Shown: positions 24,680 to 37,935 of the stretch, piece by piece
How positions within the stretch are numbered: position 1 is the first letter of the stretch
How the letters are laid out: each line of letters begins with the position of its first letter
Source of the DNA: Octopus sinensis
Lineage: Eukaryota
Assembly: GCF_006345805.1 (NCBI RefSeq)
Contig: NC_042998.1
Coordinates: forward strand, 41,540,001-41,604,000
Reading direction: 5' to 3'
DNA: 64,000 bases
Notes under the pieces: generated by a model
Told to the model about the DNA's origin: nothing
The model's input: only the letters and a program-made list of their open reading frames with translations
The model's database searches: none
Translations under genes and position numbers: made by a program

Positions 24680-26230
24680 TGCCTTGCATTATTCAGTCAC
24701 AGCCCTTCACATTCTGAGTCCAGCCCTGTTGAGATCAACTTTGCTTTTTGTCTTTCTGGGGGTTCAAATTCAAATTTCACCATTCATTGTGCAAATGACA
24801 GTCTGTTATTGGTTGGCAAATATCAGCATGGATCAGCAAAGTTTGCTGAAATTAGAAACAAGACCATCAGCTCTTGTTAGATTCATTTCATTGGTCTTGG
24901 TACTTCTGGTCGACAAGACACAACATGTTGAAATATCAGTGTCCCAATATATCTTGTACTAGTGAATCATATTATGAACTCATAGTTGTCATAAAGAAGC
25001 GCTTCTCTTGTGACAAACACAACAGTGATAAGCATATTTGCATTCAAATAATATGCAAGTCCTCATTTCAAACCTTGCTGTCAACTGTTCATATGATGAT
25101 TTATAATAAAATAAAGTACCAGTCAAATACTGGGGGGATCAATGTAACCAACTAACCCCACTGCCTAAATTCCAGGTCTCATAATTACATTAGAAACAGT
25201 ATTTTCTAATTAGTATCATTTACATTATTAGAGGACTAAAAGACAAAGAAAAAATAAATCCAGTAGGATATTAATTTAGTTACACTAATTTACATCCTGA
25301 GTTCAAATCATGCCACAGCTGACTTTGGCTCTCTCAACCCCAGCCCTACCTCCAATAAAATAATTAACAAGTCAAGTACTAGAACTGATTAATTGACTAA
25401 TCCTCCATCAAATTTGTGAATTTGTGCCTAATTCAAAAATCATTATTATTTATTATCCTGTAGGATTTTAATTCAGTTTTGTTGTTTTACATTCTGAGTG
25501 TAAATCCCACCCTGAATCAACTTTGTCTTTCATTTGTGTTTACTTGATATGTATCTGTGTTGATTTAATCAACTTTATCGCTTTCCTGCAGATTTGTTGC
25601 CTTGTATCAATATAAAAAATCATCACCATCAATATTATTATTATTATTATTATTAATTAAGACAGCAAACTGACAGAATCATTGCCATGCCAGACAAAAT
25701 GCTTAGCAGCATTTCTTTCAGCTTTGTTCTGAGTTCAAATTCTGCCAAAGTCGACTTTACTTTTCATCCTTTCTGGATCACTAAAATTAGTGCAAGTTAT
25801 GCAATGGGGTTGATGTAATCAACTAGTCCCTTCCTAGCCAAGTTTCAGGCTTTATGCCTATAGTCAAAAGAATTATCATTAATGTAGCAAGCTGGCAGAA
25901 TCGCTACCACATTTGGTGGCGTTTCTTTTGGTTCTTTTTGTTGTGACTTCAGATTCCACCAAGGTCAATGTTGCCATTAATCTTTTCAGGGTTAATAAAA
26001 TAACCACCTGTTGAACACTGGGATCAAGGTAATCAATTTACTCCCTTCCACTAAATTGCAAGCCTTGTGCCTATTGTAAAAAGAATCATTATTATTTGAA
26101 TGATGACAGAATTGTTAAAATGTTGGAGAAAATGCCTTGAAATCTTTTTTCTGGCTCTTTTGATTCTCTGTTCAAATCCTGCTAGGGTCAACTATTCTGT
26201 GGTTCCTGGGAAATATTAGAAAATAATATC
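24680..26230 (+). mobile_element. Cluster of about eight decayed, co-oriented SINE family C copies
   Basis: Repeated ttctgagttcaaat...actttg.ctttcat...aataaaat...agtac...tcaatgtaa units at about 24710, 25060, 25290, 25490, 25720, 25930 and 26160, separated by (att)n runs. Confidence 0.7.
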
Positions 26231-26349
26231 AGATGGGAGCTCGAATGACTTCAGAGTGAATGATTTTTGCTCAGAAACTGTTAAAACTAATTGTCTAACT
26301 CAGAAACAAATATAAGCTGTAGAAAATATGTTACAACAATAGTACAGTG

Positions 26350-26352
26350 TGC

Positions 26353-26383
<31 letters not shown>

Positions 26384-26406
26384 TGTATACATACATATAC
26401 ATGTGT

Positions 26407-26460
<54 letters not shown>

Positions 26461-26660
26461 GTAAACAAATATATACATATATGCACATACACTCACACAC
26501 ACAAACATATGTTGTAAGTTTGCCTCCCAACTCTATGGCTCTGGGTTCAGTCCCACTACATGATACCTTGGCCAAGTATTTTCTACTATAGACTTGGGTC
26601 AACCAAAGCTTTATGAGTGGATTTGGTAGACAGAAACTAAAAGAAGCCCATTGTGTATGT
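26350..26660 (+). repeat. (TA)n/(CA)n microsatellite complex followed by a SINE family B copy
   Basis: Dinucleotide runs at 26350-26510; gggttcagtcccact...ttggccaagt...aagaagccc at 26540-26650. Confidence 0.8.
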
Positions 26661-29581
26661 CTGCAAATGTCTTTATAAGTACTGGTATCAATTTGTTCAA
26701 CTAAATGTTCTTCAAGACAGTTGCCCCACCATATCCACAGTCTAAAGATAAAATATATATATATATATATACATACAAGTGCAAATGTGTGTGTGTGTGT
26801 ATACATACTTACGTGCACATAAAATTACACATTTATGAGAATATATCTCACAATGAAAGTTTCTGTAAGCCTTCTGAGATCAACACCTGAACCTACACAG
26901 GAAGTTCCTTGCCTAGGTGCAAGCCTGGGCAAAATTTCCTATGGAGACATGTAATTACCCATGTATGCCTATCCCTCATTTCCACACCAACCAACGTTCT
27001 ATTTGCTTTGCCCTTCTCATGGAGAATGGGAGAGCAGGGCCAACAGAGCTTTGCACCAGTATTATTTTTAGGCATTGACTTTAGAACGTTAAGAGCTGTT
27101 AACAAATAATACAAGACATCTCTTCCAACACTCTAACAATGTCCTCGCTCCACTACTCTGGGCTGGTACTGTATTGTCTCCGAAAGGATGGAAAACAGTT
27201 GATTCCAGCAGCATTTCAGCTTGAAGTGCAGACAGCTAGAACTGGAATAAATACAGCCAGACATTCTATCCAGCTTCCTAACAACTATTTTAATTAATAA
27301 CCTTACGCCTCAACATACAGAACAGAAATATAATACACATTTGCATATGTATAAAATAGTGGAATCATACATAAAAGTTATACACATTAGACACTATAAA
27401 TCAGGTATGGCCGACCCTTTTCAAGAAACAAGGTGCATGCGACATGGCTCATCATCACACAAGACACATTACTAAAATTATTGTAGGTAATTTTTCATTT
27501 AGGTATACAATTCAGAACGTCTATGGGCAGCTGTTTGCCCACGAGTATTTTAAATAAACGATGATGATGATGAGATGGAAATGTGCCAAGGGATTCAATG
27601 AATAAACCCTCACCACAATTAAAGATAATGAGAGTAAGAAATTGTTATGACAAAGAATTAAATAACCTTAGCTTCCTACAATAATGCTTAATACATTATT
27701 GACTATTTCCATTAAATTGTTACTGGTTGGGCTTGTGGAAATGATGGGGTATGACAAGGAAGGGTGATCTGAAGAAAGGGCTGGAAAGGAGTGTAGGGAG
27801 TAGTTTTACAGTTGGGAAGATTAGAAAAGGAGAGATTGCCCCAGTATTTATTAGATTTTGTGTGTGTGTGTCTGTTTATCCCCTGTCACCCTTGATCAAG
27901 TAGGCCTATTGTGATATTGGTGGTGAAAGATAAAGAAGTGCACAATTTAACAGGATTTAACAGGTATTCAGTGAGTGATAGCATGATAATCAGACAGACA
28001 GACTGTTTTTTATGCAGTTCAGAATATATGTGTGTATGCATGAAACACTGAGGTGTATAAGCACTTTTTCAGTGTAAGGCATATGTATTCTTCATAATGG
28101 GTCAGCAACTATTTTGTATTATTTCTGGCTCTAAAAAGTAAATTTAGCTTTGATGTACAGTCTTGGTAGCATAAAATTTCTGGTTGCCATGAAAATTTAT
28201 CATACGTTTTAAGAACTGTGATGGGTTTAGGTATTTGTTGTTCATAACTAATAAGTAAATAAGTGTTGTAAGTGTGTTTTCTTGAGATATGTGGTAACTC
28301 CATTTTGGTGTTGTGGAATGAAAATAAGGTGTTGATTCCTGGTTGCAAGATTTTAAACTGTCGGTTTGATACTTGAATTTATATTTTTTTAAATTCTTGT
28401 AATGACAGTACTACATCAAAACTGCGTAAGGAAAACAAACGTATATTCTTCAAGTTCTGAAGGTATCACACTATCTGTTCATTTGTTTGAGAATTACAAC
28501 CTTCAGTAGCATAATGTCGTTTGATTTTCTCATACGATGACTTTCAAATCTTCATTTAATATAAACTTATATGAATCTGTTTTTGAAACAAAATGCTGCT
28601 AAACCTCTTCAGTAATTTTGTGCTCAAGTAAACATTTGACAAAGCTCTTCAAATTGTAAATGTTAAACCCTCTCCACAAAGATATATGGATTATATTTCT
28701 CTGTGCCAACAAAATTAAATGAATCAACTTCATGTTTACAATTTTAACTTTTTCACATTAAACTTGCTCCAATTAAATATGGAGCTGACTAGGAAATACG
28801 TCATATAATTACTTGCTTCTTTTGAGCTCTATGGTTTAAATCTGCGCCTCTAGGTACTTAATTACATAAGAACTTAATCACACAGGAACACAGGACTAAT
28901 AATTAAAAAAAATACAATATTGTTTCTTTTATTTTTCTGTAAAATTTTTTTAAAAGAATATTTCTCAACTGGTTGTCTTTATATTATTATTTTGTAACAA
29001 ATGTCTTTTGTGTAAAGATATTTTATATGGAATATTGAAAATATGTTTAGTAATTTTTCAAGGTTTTATTTTAAAAGAAAAAGATGTATCTAATTTTTTT
29101 ATTTTCTTCTTCATTTAAAAACTGGAATATAGCAATAAATCCTACATAAATGATGGCTGTTTTCAGTTTTAAATTTTTTTCCCCTTCTAAGACTATTTTA
29201 CATTCTAGAGCATGTGTTTACTATATAAAAATATTGAACTAGGTGTTACTATGTATAAAATGACATTAGATTAGTTAATTCCTGAAATAATTATAGGAAC
29301 TAAGAATTAACTTCAAATTCAAAATTTCTTTTTCCCCTGTGGTTTTTTTTTTTTCTATTTCTATTCATTTAACAGTCCAAACTGAAATGATTTAATCCAA
29401 ATCAGTGTTAGCAGATTTCTGAAAATATAATATTTAAAATATGAAGTTCACTGAGATTGGCTGTATCTATTTTCCTATAAACAGGTGAAGTTTTTTATGT
29501 TTACATTTCCTTTTCAGTTACCTTGACAAAATGATTTCAAAGTGTTTATATACAGTAATATATATATATATATATATATAT

Positions 29582-30385
29582 ATCATCATCATCATCGTCG
29601 TTTAACGTCCGTTCTCCATGCTAGCATGGGTTGGACGGTTCGACCGGGGTTCTGGGAAGCCAGAAGGCTGCACCAGGCTCCAGTCTAATCTGGCAATGTT
29701 TCTACAGCTGGATGCCCTTCCTAACACCAACCACTCCGTGAGTGTAGTGGGTGCTTTTTACGTGCCACTTGCACAGGTGCCAGGCGGGGCTGGCAACGGC
29801 CACGGTCAGATTGGTGTATTTTATGTGCCACCGGCACGGAAGCCAGTCGAGGCGGTGCTGGCATCGGCCACGAGTCGGATAGTGCTTTTTACGTACCACC
29901 AGACCAGGGATCCTGGCTAGTTCAATTCGATTTCGATTTTGCTTGCCCCAACATGTCTTCACAAGCAAAGGGGGTTGGCATGGGTGCCTGTCGTACGGTC
30001 GCATTGGAGTATTTTACGTGCCACGGCCACGAGTCGGATAGTGCTTTTTACGTACCACCAGACCAGGGATCCTGGCTGGTTCAATTCGATTTCGATTTCG
30101 CTTGCCCCAACATGTCTTCACAAGCAAAGGGGGTTGGCATGGGTGCCTGTCGTACGGTCGCATTGGAGTATTTTACGTGCCACGGCCACGAGTCGGATAG
30201 TGCTTTTTACGTACCACCAGGCCAGGGATCCTGGCTGGTTCAATTCGGTTTCGATTTCGATTTCGCTTGCCCCAACATGTCTTCGCAAGCATGGGGGGTT
30301 GGCATGGGTGTCTGTCGTCGGATGAGGTTCTATATCGACTTCGCTTGCCTCAACCGGTCTTTGTGTCCAAGGGAGGAAAGGCATT
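29582..30385 (-). mobile_element. Repeat family A copy with an internal 159-bp tandem triplication
   Basis: Begins catcatcatcgtttaacgtccg (reverse complement of the (GAT)n tail); units start at 29865, 30024 and 30183; motif gtgctttttacgtgccacc recurs. Confidence 0.9.
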
Positions 30386-32877
30386 TATATATATATATAT
30401 ATTTTCCTTGTCATCATTTTGAACTTCCACTTTTCCATGCTCATATGGGCTGGACAGAATTTGTTGAGGCAGATTTTCTATGGCTGACTGTCCTTCCTGT
30501 CACCAACCCTCAACTGTTTGCAAGTAAGGTAATATTTCGTCATGACTAGACATGTTTTCATGGTAGGTTGGAAATGACTTTCAGAGCTCAAATCTCACCA
30601 AGGTCAACTTTACCTTTCATCTCTTTTGGCGGTCAGTTAAAAAAATGTACCAATGTAGGGCATTGGATTGGCAGAACTGAAAGAATGTTGGACCAAATAC
30701 CTTGTCCTATTTGTTCCAGCTTTTTGTATTCTGAGTTCAAACCCCACCATGGCCTACTTTAGTAGCAGACAATCACTTAGTTTAACTCCACCACCTGACA
30801 CCTTGGGTAGCTGCCATTAGTAGAGTTTACTCTGCTACAAGCATTCAGGCTAGGACCAGTTAAAGCTACCTTCCTCCCTCCAGCTTGACTAAAAAGGCTT
30901 TTAAAATATGTAGAGGTATCTCTTCTTTAATTGATATCCTTTTTACCTTGCAAACATAAGCATAACAATGCTTGAAAAATATTGCCTTTGTAAAAGAGAA
31001 AAAAAAAGAAAAGAAGCAACAACATCATTACCCAATTATCTAGTGTTAAGAAAAATTATAGAACTAAAGCTGATAAAATCTCTCATAACCAAGTTATTAC
31101 AAAATAATTTCAACATATGCCATGCAGTGTGGATTACAGTATTATAATGACAAAGTAATCTTTTTGCATCTGTATAATGTAATAATTCACTCTGATAAGT
31201 GAAGATGATTTTGCTCCAGATTAACATCTTCTTATTCCAGCACTTTAATTGTACAAACAGAGCAACCAACAATCTTAATCTTCAGCAGTTTCTTTAATCA
31301 TTTTATTAGATGCTACATGTGCAATCTGATGCTATTATCTGCTATTATAGATTCCTGATAAAGTTGCCATATGCTTAGTCAACCTAATCAATACTTGCTA
31401 ACAGTAATTAGTGGCTATTTGCCAGTGTAAATGGGATGAAGTTTAAAGAAATTGTGCTTATTATTAATGAGTAATAAAAAGAGCAGGTTATGCAGTGTAT
31501 GTTTCTCAGAGAGAGTGCAGGGAGTGAGTTTATATCTTTATGAGTAACAAAAGTTCAAATAAATCTCATGAATTGGATCTTTTGGATATGCAACATGAAG
31601 TCAGTTTAACTGATTGAATCTAGATTATCTAAACAGGATGGGTGTAAACCAGGTATTATTTGAATGAAGATAAAAATAAACAACGTTAACAATTAGAAAT
31701 TTATTAACCCTTTAGCATTCAGATTACTTTGTCAACTGTAATACATTCTTATTCATATTCTTTTGAGTTCATCATGCATTATCTCATAGCTTTGAGATTT
31801 TGATGATGTAATTATTTATTTTTAGAATGACATTGTCAGATAGATGTGAGAGGCTGGACCTAACTAGGCTGAACATAAAGGAGGTAGGATATTTAGGGCC
31901 AGATATGACTGGTTTAAATGCTAAAGGGTTAAAGGGTTTGAACATTGACAAAGATAAAAATCTAGGTTTGTGCACACGTGTTTTGTGTTTCAGTCAACTC
32001 TGGCTAGGACAGAGAATGTGTAGGATATTAAAATAATCTGAGAAGGATGGCAATGGGCCTAACTTGAGTAGGACATTCCATCATAGACTTTTATGTAGCT
32101 GTAAATTTTTTCAATAAGCACCTTCATCTCTGAATACAAGCATCACCTTATGTCAGATTTTATTCATGGAAGGATCTGAGCTCAACACTACTACCTGAAA
32201 AAAAAAAAACTTCAGTTGTATTATACTTCCTCCCCCACCCCACTTCAGTTACTTGCTGCTCCCATGCTCTGAAAGCTCTTTATTCACTGTTTGTAATTTG
32301 GTGGATTGAGCATTTGAAACCTGGTTGACAAGGGACATGAGGTATCAATCCCAAATACAATCTGTATATTTTTCTGTCAGCAAAATGACGTCTCAATAAC
32401 TCATGAATAGAATTAGCTAAATGAGCTATTGTCGTATCAGATATCTTTTTCACTGGCGGACAGCTTTTACAAAAGCTGTCTGGCCAATGAAAAGGAAATT
32501 TGACGTTACATTATTTCGAGAATATTGTTTCATTGATTACATTATTGCTGTTTTCCTTCTTCTGTGTAACCATAGAAATGGACATCGTTATTTGATTATT
32601 CTGTGTCAGTTTACATCTCAGAGTGATGGCTTAGCAATGAATTTAGCAGGTCTCAACTTGAGATTAAATTGCTCACTTATCATCTCTGACTATCCTGACT
32701 ATTTTTTAAATATTATATGCTGTGCATGTTGATAGGTGTAAAACATTAAATTTTATCTACAAATAAGAAAACCAGGTGTCTATATCTTATTCAGTCATCC
32801 AATAGTAAGAGGGTACATAACCCTTTTAACAATATCTCCCTTTGTTCAAGCTTTTTCTATTTTTATACTCACTAAAT

Positions 32878-33300
32878 CATCATCATCGTTTAACATCTGT
32901 TTTCTGTGCTTGCACGGGTTGGACGGTTTGACCGGGGTCTGGGAAGCCGGGGGGCTGCACCAAGCTCCAGTCTGATCTGGCAGTGTTTCTACAGCTCGAT
33001 GCCCTTCCTAACGCCAACCACTCCATGAGTGTAGTGGGTGCTTTTTACGTGCCACTGGCACAGAAGCCAGTCAAGGCAGCGCTGGCATCGGCCACATTCG
33101 AATGGTGCTTTTTACGTGCCACCAGCACAGGTATCACAACTACAATTTCCATTTGATATTTATTTTGATGTTGATGTACTTGACTCAATAGGTCTCCTCA
33201 AGCACAGCAGATCATGTGCCACCGGCACAGAAGCCAGTCAAGGCGGCGCTGGCATTGGCCACATTCGGATGGTGCTTTTTACGTGCTGCTGGCACAGGTA
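32878..33300 (-). mobile_element. Repeat family A copy
   Basis: Same tail and same internal gtgctttttacgtgccac motifs as the other copies. Confidence 0.88.
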
Positions 33301-33876
33301 AATGTTGAAATTAATTAATTCCTATTAATAAAAACCCAGGTAATAAATTTTGACAAATGAATTACATCAAGACAGCAAACACTTCTATATAGCTACTTGA
33401 TTAACTCAATATGAATCTGTAACCAATTTGAAAATCTTAGGACAATACAACTATAGCTAGCAATACTAATCAATTACATCTTTTGATCGTCTTTATTTAT
33501 GTCATAGGTCTGCTTAGTATGCTTGACTAGGGATAGCTGCTGTTTCCTGTTAACTTTGTGTCTTGCTGTGTTTTTCCTGTCTACTCTGCATGTACCTTTA
33601 GCTATCATCACTGTCTTTATTATTACTGCTTTGTCTGTTTCCTCTTACCTTTTTCTGATGGGCACCTGAGCACAATCTGTAATAAACTCTCTTTCTGATT
33701 TTGGCATAAGACCAATAATTTTGAGGGAAGAGGGAAGTTGATTACATCAACCCCAGTGCTAATTTGCCCCATAAGAATGAAAGACAAAGTCAACCTTGGT
33801 GGATTTTGAACTCAAAATGTAAAGAACCAGAAGAAATGCTGATAATCTTTTGACTGGCATGATAATGATTCTTCTA

Positions 33877-34250
33877 GTTTACTCTTTTACTTGTTTCAGT
33901 CATTTGACTGTGGCCATGCTGGAGCACCGCCTTTAGTTGAGCAAATCGACCCCAAAATTTATTCTTTGTAAGCCTAGTACTTATTCTATTGGTCTCTTTT
34001 GCCAAACCGCTAAGTTACGGGGATGTAAACACACCAGCATCGGTTGTCAAGCGATGTTGAGGGAACAAACACAGACACACACACACATATATATATACAA
34101 CGGGCTTCTTTCAGTTTCCGGCTTCCAAATCAACTCTCAAGGCTTTGGTCGGCCCGAGGCTACAGTGGAAGACACTTGCCCAAGGTGCCATGCAGTGGGA
34201 CTGAACCCAGAACCATGTGGTTGGTAAGCAAGCTACGTACCACACAGTCA
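33877..34250 (-). mobile_element. SINE family B, near full length
   Basis: Reverse complement of 37536-37935 along most of its length. Confidence 0.88.
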
Positions 34251-34803
34251 CATTAGTATATTAAATAAAAAAAAACAATAAATTATAGGTCAATTGTATG
34301 AGGTTATAACCTGGATTATAGCTAGGATTATGGTTAGATGAACTATGACACTTTTACCACTGTGCTTTTGTGTAACATGCATGGATTTTGGAGTGTTGGT
34401 TGGTTGGTTGGTTTGTTTGTTTTTTTTAATTGTATTAGCTAATTCCCAAACAGTAATCATTTTAGAATTAATAAAACTATTAACTTCAGCAACAAGGTGT
34501 CCATGAATGTCTGTGAGTTCCTTTAGTGCAAATCTACAACCTATATGTGGTTCAGTTAGTTACATACTAAGTATAATTGGTTCTGTAATACCAACAAGTC
34601 AGCAAACTGGAAGAGGATTACAATATTTGTTACAAATTTCTGTGAGCTGAGTTCAAATCCTGCTATGGCCAACTTTAACCTTTCATCCTTTCAGGATCAA
34701 TAAAATACTAGTCTACTACTGGGACCAATTCTGCCTCTCTAGAGTGAACTCATAATTGAGAGCTCCAGCCTTGTCACATTGTATGATACTGATTTGACCT
34801 GAA

Positions 34804-35325
34804 CATCATCGTTTAACGTCTGCTTTCCATGCTGGCATGGGTTGGACGATTTGACTGAGAACTGGCGAACCAGATGGCTGCACCAGGCTCCAATCTGATC
34901 TGGCAGAGTTTCTACTGCTGGATGCCCTTCCTAACGCCAACCACTCCGAGAGTGTAGTGGGTGCTTTTACGTGCCACCGGCATGAGGGCCAGTCAGGCGG
35001 TACTGGCAACGGCCACACTCAAATAGTGTTTTTTACATGTCACCTGCACAGGGGCCAGTAGCAGCACTGGCAACGACCTCACTGGAATATTTTTTTACAT
35101 GCCACCAGCACAAGTGCCAGTAAGGCAATGCTGGTAACGATCATGCTTGAATGGTGCTTTTTACGTGCCACCAGCATGGAAGCCAGCCAGCTGCTCTGGC
35201 AATGATCGGATGGTGCTCTTAGCGCTCAACTAGCATGGATGCAAGTCATTGAATTTTATTTCGATTTCACTTACCTCAACAGGTCTTAGCAAGCAGAGTT
35301 TAGTGTCCAAGGAAAGGTGCATTAA
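34804..35325 (-). mobile_element. Repeat family A copy, probably near full length
   Basis: Tail, four motif units and the 5' block aagcagagtttagtgtccaaggaaagg (also seen at about 30360). Confidence 0.88.
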
Positions 35326-36049
35326 AAGTAAAATGTCTGTGAAATATTCATTCAGTTGAATGCTCATTGTTGAAACCAGCAGAGAATCTGCTATACCTGC
35401 AGCCCTTCTAAAAAAAAAGTGCCTTTGGTTCCACCCACCCGTCCTTTTTTTCTGCTCATCACAAGATCTTTTGTATCTACTGGTAAGACCAAATGCATAT
35501 TTATATAACTTTATATATATATTCGTTCATGGCACACTTTGTATTGGTCCTCTATAACTTGTCTGGTTGTCAGTTGTGTACCATTATGAAAATATGTTGT
35601 GTCAATCAGTTTTTGATTATATTTTAATAAGTTGGCTTGGCTCCTGCTACATAGCCATTTGGTAAAGAAAGATGAAAGAATTATTAAATAACACTGAAAT
35701 AAGCTTGTTCAATCCCTATCTTAAACTACGGAGAAGTCCTACATGGAGCCTAATTTGACAGTGAGACTAAATACATATGTATAAAATTGTACATTTATTT
35801 ATTGATTCACTTGGAATTTATATTTTCCTGATTTTAATTAACAATCTCAGAATGAGGAAACATGAAGCACAAATATTTAACTCATAATCAGTTATGTTGA
35901 CAAGTTTCCTGATCAGCGAATGGGTGTTTGTGACATTTATGCCTTTTCTAAGGACATTAGCAACAGGTGTAAAATTAAACAGCACTCACTTAGTGTTTAA
36001 TTTTTTTTCTCTCTATTACATAATTTTCTGATTATTTCTTAAACAAACC

Positions 36050-36362
36050 CCTTCAAATCTGGCACTCCATTGCTTATAACATTTCCAGTTGATCTGATCA
36101 ACAGAACAACCTGCTTGTGAAATTAACATGCAAGTGGATGGAGCACTCCACAAAAATGCACACCCTTAACATGGTTTACAAGAAGATTCAGTATGACACA
36201 ATGTCACAAGGCTGGCTCTTTGAAATGCAGGTGCTACTCATTTTTGCCAGCTGAATGGACCGGAGCAACATGAAATAAAGTGTCTTGCTCAAGAACACAA
36301 CGCACCACCATGAATGAAACAACTTTACAATCATGAGCTGAATACTCAACTACTAAGCTACA
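36050..36362 (-). mobile_element. Further tRNA-derived SINE, decayed
   Basis: ggagcaacatgaaataaagtgtcttgctcaagaacacaac and ttgccagctgaatggac are the reverse complement of a typical tRNA-SINE head/core. Confidence 0.55.
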
Positions 36363-37535
36363 TACCTTCCCTTCAGATCTGTATACAGGGAGAGGTAATT
36401 ATATAATGGCATCTGTCTTTATCAGTAACTCATAATAAAAGTAAAATTTCAGCAATCAGGAATGGAAAGCCATGTGTTATCTAAAACTCATTGAGAGCTT
36501 TTCTTTATTGTCTTGATAAAATATTTTTTCAATCTACTTTGTTTGGTAGCCAAGACATTATCCATATATCAACTACCCTAAGACTCGACAGTCTTGATAT
36601 TTAATTTTCCAGCGGTTTGAAAAATCAGATCTTAATCTAAACCTCTTTCAATGTGATGAATTTAATATGTAATATTTGCCACGCCATCTTTTGTTATAAA
36701 CTTAGGAATGTGCTTTATTCAGTTTCAAAGGGAGAGATTAAGACAGGTTGAGAGATTAAAGATAACTATATTCTTTTATATGATTAACACTGCAACTTGA
36801 ATTAAATTGATAATGTTAATAAAGAAAACCTGTATGAAATTTACTTTTGTCAGTATCCCGAGATTTAAATCAATAAACTAATATTTCTTCTTGACTGATA
36901 AATCTATATCTATTTCAGATAATACTCATTAGGTGCAATTCAGTGAATCATATGTTGTAGCACAATGGAGTTGTTCCTAATAATTCATATACAATTTACT
37001 CTGATAAAATCTTTGCAGCTGTTGGCAAGAGATGAAAGTATTATTGTAACCTATATACTGTTATCTGCAGAATCTATTACTCAGCTAAACATTATTGCTT
37101 GCTAACTATTTCTTAGATAAAGAAAACCATTAAGATATTAAACATTAAATAGGAGTTTTAACTTGTATTTCAAAATACTGCATTATCTGCAATATTGCAT
37201 TCTAAATAATTTATTATTGACAAAGATTTCTAATAACTGTGTTCTGTACATAAGTGAGGCCAGAGGTCTACAGTCTCTAATACAAACCCTGTTGTGTTGA
37301 TCTGTTGAATAATTATGTGTACAACACAACAGACCCTCAAATGCTGTTGCTTTCATATTTGCCATGTTACACAGCCAACGATACATGAGATTGATGACTT
37401 GCACAAGACAGTTTTCTTAAAGTTGAATGCAGTGTATGAGGAGGGCCATCATTTTGTCTGGTACTTGCCGTTAGTTATTCTCTCTTCTGTTAACTTTCAA
37501 TACATTTTGGTAGTTATTAGCTAAGATTTACGTAT

Positions 37536-37935
37536 AGGCACAGGAGTGGCTGTGTGGTAAGTAGCTTGCTTACCAACCACATGGTTCCGGGTTCATTCCC
37601 ACTGTGTGGCACGTTGGGCAAGTGTCTTCTACTATAGCCTCGGGCCAACCAAAGCCTTGTGGGTGGACTTGGTAGGTTGAAACTGAAAGAAGCCCGTTGT
37701 ATATGTATATATATATGCGTGTGTGTGTTTGTGTGTCTGTGTTTGTCCCCCCAACATCGCTTGACAACCAATGCTGGTGTATTTACGTCCCCATAACTTA
37801 ACAGTTCGGCAAAAGAGGCCGATAGAATAAGTACTAGGCTTACAAAGAATAAGTCCCGGGGTCGATTTGTTTGACTAAAGGCAGTGCTCCAGCATGGCCA
37901 CAGTCAAATGACAAACGAGTAAAAGAATAAAAGAA
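37536..37935 (+). mobile_element. tRNA-derived SINE family B, full length
   Basis: A-box-like tggctgtgtggtaag, B-box-like ggttcattcc, internal (TA)/(TG) run and a ...gtaaaagaataaaagaata tail; several other copies in the window. Confidence 0.9.

Noticed and set aside
26287-26818. 172-aa and neighbouring ORFs rich in YI/CV
   Set aside because: Translations of (TA)n/(TG)n microsatellites plus a SINE.
28380-28680. Coding-like minus-strand stretch (possible old transposase)
   Set aside because: Multiple stops and no diagnostic motif that I can assign.
29750-30330. CRISPR array
   Set aside because: Eukaryotic context, no cas genes, spacers of unequal length that are related to each other, and the array is internal to a dispersed SINE-like family.
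29618-30549. Overlapping ORFs up to 198 aa with repeated peptides
   Set aside because: By-products of the 159-bp (53-codon) GC-rich tandem unit; open in several frames, with no domain signature.
31036-31400. Minus-strand ORF as a gene
   Set aside because: At best a very decayed LINE RT remnant; no splice-supported structure.
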